Source: Chloroflexota bacterium
GTDB lineage: Bacteria; Chloroflexota; Limnocylindria; Limnocylindrales; CSP1-4
Length of the DNA: 34,155 bases
Direction of reading: 5' to 3'
Assembly: GCA_013695255.1 (NCBI GenBank)
Contig: JACDAV010000258.1
Span: 1 to 34,155 of the forward strand
Shown here: positions 31,853-34,155 of the stretch, in pieces
Numbering within the stretch: the first letter of the stretch is position 1
Layout of the letters: the number at the start of each line of letters is the position of its first letter
Notes under the pieces: generated by a model
What the model saw: only the letters and a program-made list of their open reading frames with translations
The model's database searches: none
What the model was told of the DNA's origin: nothing
Program-made: the position numbers and the translations under genes

Positions 31853-32488
31853 GTGCCGGCGATCATCCATCCGGGTGCGGTCATCCACTGCTGGGACCAC
31901 CTCGTGATCACGCTGCGCGACGGGCCGGCGGGGAGCGAGACCGGGTTCGTGAGCCTCTACGCCGTCACCTACTCGCCCTCACTCGGCGCCGGCCACGTGG
32001 CGATCGTCGAGGTGCCCGGCGCCGCTGGCGGCGGTCTGATGGCCACGCTCACGGACGACCTCGGGCTGGGCGCGCGTCAGCAGGAGCGGCTGATCGCGAT
32101 GGGGGATGGTCGACTGGCGCTCCGCCGGCCGCCGGTCGAGGCGCGGTTCGAGCGCATCCCGTACGGCCCCGATGGCTTCGGCTTCCGGCTGTGGACAGAG
32201 GAGCACGCCATCGAGGCGCACTGGGACCGAACGGAGCCGCCGTTCTGGGTCGATGGTCAGAACGGCGGGTTCCACGACCTCGAGGACATCTGGGCGGTCA
32301 TGGTGGGGGCGCGCGCGGCACGCGTGCTGGTGGATGGGGTCGAGGTCCCCGGCGCGCCGTTCGAGGACGAGGCGTGGACACCCAGGCTGGGCCGGACCCT
32401 CAGCTCCGCCCACGGCGCCTTCGCGGAGGTGCGCGTCCAGCCGGTCAGCGATCGTGCCACTGGAAGCGTTCCGGATGGACGTCGATGA
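31853..32488 (+). CDS. Hypothetical protein (211 aa), no family recognised; co-transcribed with the Mo large subunit
   Basis: GTG start 6 bp after the upstream stop. Third-position GC stays high throughout, as in confirmed genes. There is a single Cys and no Fe-S or FAD-binding motifs. The last 44 bp overlap the convergent PPOX gene. Confidence 0.6.
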   Translation: MPAIIHPGAVIHCWDHLVITLRDGPAGSETGFVSLYAVTYSPSLGAGHVAIVEVPGAAGGGLMATLTDDLGLGARQQERLIAMGDGRLALRRPPVEARFERIPYGPDGFGFRLWTEEHAIEAHWDRTEPPFWVDGQNGGFHDLEDIWAVMVGARAARVLVDGVEVPGAPFEDEAWTPRLGRTLSSAHGAFAEVRVQPVSDRATGSVPDGRR

Positions 32489-32855
32489 TCACCCGCGGCC
32501 CGTCCGCGACGAGCGACTCCCAGTGCGGCAGGACCTGCGCGGCGGGCATGTACTTGCGACACAGCTCGAGCGTCGGTTCGCGTGCGTCGTCGCCCTCCCT
32601 GAGCGACGCGATGCCGGTCACCTGGACGTAGTCGCCGCTGTCGACATCATCGATGCACAGCACGATGCGCCGGTCGCGGCGCAGGTTGCGGGTCTTCACC
32701 GCCCGCTCGGCGGTGCTGATCCAGAACGATTCGCCGGTCCACAGGAACCAGTTCGGCGTCAGCTGCGGGAGACCGTCCGGCTGGATGGTCGCCACGATCG
32801 CGTTCGGGGTGGTGGCCAGGAGCTCTGCCTGCCGGCGGAGCGAGGGGATCGTCAT
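32445..32855 (-). CDS. PPOX-class probable F420/FMN-dependent split-barrel protein, paralog 2
   Basis: Start MTIPSLRRQAELL at 32855. The sequence AIVATIQPDGLPQLTPNWFLWTGESFWISTAERAVKTRNLRRDRRIVLCID is collinear with 13386-13811. The rest of the 425-aa ORF upstream is antisense to the lipoprotein gene. Confidence 0.85.
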   Translation of the reverse strand: MTIPSLRRQAELLATTPNAIVATIQPDGLPQLTPNWFLWTGESFWISTAERAVKTRNLRRDRRIVLCIDDVDSGDYVQVTGIASLREGDDAREPTLELCRKYMPAAQVLPHWESLVADGPRVIIDVHPERFQWHDR

Positions 32856-33111
32856 CTCGTGAGGATACGGTCGCGCGAGGCAGCGCCGGGACGCGCAATC
32901 GGTCACCACCAGGCTCGCCAGCGGCACGGCGGCTTCCCCGGCATCCATGGTTCCCTGTATTTCCGCGGGCAACGGCGCCCCGCTATCGTCCCGTCCTGAG
33001 AGAGCACAGCTGGGTCGCGGGACGTCCTCGACGTCTCGGGCTCGTTCGCAGCAAAGCCATGAGACCTGGAGCGCGGCTCGGCCCGCGATCCGGGTTCGGA
33101 AGGAGCGAATC

Positions 33112-33813
33112 GTGAAGCACCGGTTGGAACGGGTCGCGCTCGGCGCGGTAGTGATGGTCGTGCTGGTCGCGTGCGGCGGTGGCGCTGCCTCGACGGCCCC
33201 GTCGTCGAGCCCAGCGTCGGCGGCCTCGGCCGCAGCGTCACCCGCGTCCTCGTCGTCGGCGGTCGCCAGTCCGGCCCCGGCCACGACCTCGCCGGCGGCG
33301 ACCGGCGGCGCCGCATCGCCGCCGAGCCTGCCATCGCTCCCCGCGATCTTCTCGAGCCACGCCGATCCGGAGCTCGAGGCCCAGCTGCCGGCAGAGGTCT
33401 CCGGCACCCCGCTGCAGCGGTACAGCCTCACCTTTACCGAGTCGCTCGATGCCGGTGGTGACCGAGCGGCGGTCGACGCCTTCCTGCAGGGGATCGGCAA
33501 GTCCGAGGCCGATGGGAGCTTTGCCGTGGCCCTCGATCCCACCAACACGCTGACGGGAGGGATCTTCGCCTTCAAGGTCGACGGCGCCGACACCGCGGTC
33601 CTGCTCGAGGCGATCGTGTCGCTGGAGAAGTCGGATCTGGGCGCCGACGCCACGACGAGACAGGCCACCGTCGGCGGCAAGAGCGTGACGATCTTGTCCG
33701 TGGGAACGGGCCCCAACGACACGGAATGGATCTACGGCCGCGGCGACGTGGTGTTCGTCGTTCATGCCGACGACGAAACGCGGGCGGCGGCCTTCCTCCA
33801 GGCCCTCCCGTAG
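33112..33813 (+). CDS. Lipoprotein with Ser/Ala/Pro-rich linker and an uncharacterised ~150-aa C-terminal domain
   Basis: GTG 33112 with GGAAGGAG 6 nt upstream. The signal peptide and lipobox read VKHRLERVALGAVVMVVLVAC|GGG. A low-complexity linker reads ASTAPSSSPASAASAAASPASSSSAVASPAPATTSPAATGG. Confidence 0.75.
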   Translation: MKHRLERVALGAVVMVVLVACGGGAASTAPSSSPASAASAAASPASSSSAVASPAPATTSPAATGGAASPPSLPSLPAIFSSHADPELEAQLPAEVSGTPLQRYSLTFTESLDAGGDRAAVDAFLQGIGKSEADGSFAVALDPTNTLTGGIFAFKVDGADTAVLLEAIVSLEKSDLGADATTRQATVGGKSVTILSVGTGPNDTEWIYGRGDVVFVVHADDETRAAAFLQALP

Positions 33814-33840
33814 GGTGGCTACGCGCCGACCGGCGAGGCG

Positions 33841-34155
33841 ATGAGCGCGGAACGGCTGAACTGGCCCCCTCGCGATGCCACCCGCGCGCCGCGCTCGTGG
33901 CGGTCGCGTCCGGGGCGACGACCGGGCGGGATGCAGATCCTGATCGGCATCGCGCTGCTCGCGGTTGCCTGCGGGCCCAGCATCCCGCCGCCCAGCGCGG
34001 CATCCCCCCAGCCGACGACGACCGGCGTCGCGACCCGGCCGGCTCCGGAGGACTGCGAGGACTTCGACATCGTCCCGTGCCCTCGTCAGGTGGCGCGGCT
34101 GTCGATCCCGCTCGCCGGGTCGTCGTTCTCGCTCACCTACGCGAGCGACCGGGCT
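33841..34155 (+). CDS. Putative lipoprotein, N-terminal fragment (runs off the right edge)
   Basis: My own translation is MSAERLNWPPRDATRAPRSWRSRPGRRPGGMQILIGIALLAVAC|GPSIPPP..., an Arg-rich n-region plus lipobox LAVAC. An alternative ATG lies at 33931. Third-position GC is high from 33841. Confidence 0.55.
   Translation, partial: MSAERLNWPPRDATRAPRSWRSRPGRRPGGMQILIGIALLAVACGPSIPPPSAASPQPTTTGVATRPAPEDCEDFDIVPCPRQVARLSIPLAGSSFSLTYASDRA

Noticed and set aside
29408-31900. 830-aa minus-strand ORF, together with similar long ORFs at 25429-27528 (-), 20547-22391 (-), 14876-16591 (-), 11320-13221 (-), 16332-18770 (+) and 4554-5969 (+)
   Set aside because: Each lies antisense to, or frame-shifted against, a gene with clear family motifs. 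Their translations are Arg/Gly/Pro/Asp/His-rich low-complexity strings with no recognisable domain. Long shadow ORFs like these are expected in roughly 70% GC DNA, where stop codons are rare.
33170-33330. Apparent nucleotide repetitiveness (GCC/TCG-rich) that might be a tandem DNA repeat
   Set aside because: It is the coding sequence for the Ser/Ala/Pro linker of the lipoprotein. I could identify no fixed repeat unit.
32856-33722. N-terminal 289 aa of the 425-aa minus-strand ORF 32445-33722
   Set aside because: Only the last 136 aa (from MTIPSLRRQ at 32855) resemble a PPOX-class protein. The upstream part is antisense to the well-supported lipoprotein gene and is low-complexity.
1-34155. Search for tRNA, rRNA, CRISPR repeats, IS/transposase, integrase, toxin-antitoxin or defence-system genes
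   Set aside because: I found none. No spacer is long enough or structured like a tRNA or CRISPR array. No ORF shows DDE/tyrosine-recombinase, nuclease-helicase or small TA-pair features. The GNAT is too large, and is not paired with a small antitoxin-like gene, so it does not look like a GNAT toxin.

Overview
High-GC (roughly 70% by eye), densely coding bacterial chromosomal segment. I call about 33 genes. Spacers are mostly 0-100 bp, and several gene pairs have start/stop overlaps (ATGA, GTGA, TGATG). I see no rRNA, tRNA, CRISPR array, transposase, integrase or phage signature. Three things suggest an Actinomycetota- or Chloroflexota-like host, but this is inference only: F420-associated families (two Rv1855c-like LLM oxidoreductases, two PPOX-class split-barrel proteins), TANNNT-type -10 boxes, and several probable leaderless or near-leaderless starts.

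The content is one large, paralog-rich accessory catabolic island:
- four enolase-superfamily (mandelate racemase-like) enzymes
- four Gfo/Idh/MocA oxidoreductases
- two HpcH/HpaI class II aldolases
- one FAH-family hydrolase, one SDR, one D-2-hydroxyacid dehydrogenase and one FMN-dependent L-2-hydroxyacid dehydrogenase
- one GNAT and one amidohydrolase
- an N-acyl-D-amino-acid deacylase next to a D-threonine-aldolase-type PLP enzyme, plus an L-threonine aldolase
- a stand-alone AceE-like ThDP E1 protein translationally coupled to a PPOX-class protein
- a cytoplasmic BNR/sialidase-like propeller
- an orphan molybdenum-hydroxylase large subunit followed by an unknown 211-aa protein
- one MFS transporter, IclR and XRE-cupin regulators, and two lipoproteins

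The strongest non-coding signal is a perfect palindrome with core ATTGTCGACAAT. It occurs in three separate intergenic spacers (580-597, 5944-5957, 29480-29491) and links distant operons into one candidate regulon with no assignable regulator in the window.

Other points of interest:
- two overlapping inverted repeats in the IclR/E1 divergent promoter
- an LLM paralog with an intact body, promoter and Shine-Dalgarno but no canonical start codon (ATC at the expected position)
- two aldolases that each appear to deviate at conserved catalytic positions
- four of seven convergent gene junctions where the 3' ends overlap

All functional calls come from reading the supplied translations and my own reverse-strand translation. 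No database search was run.
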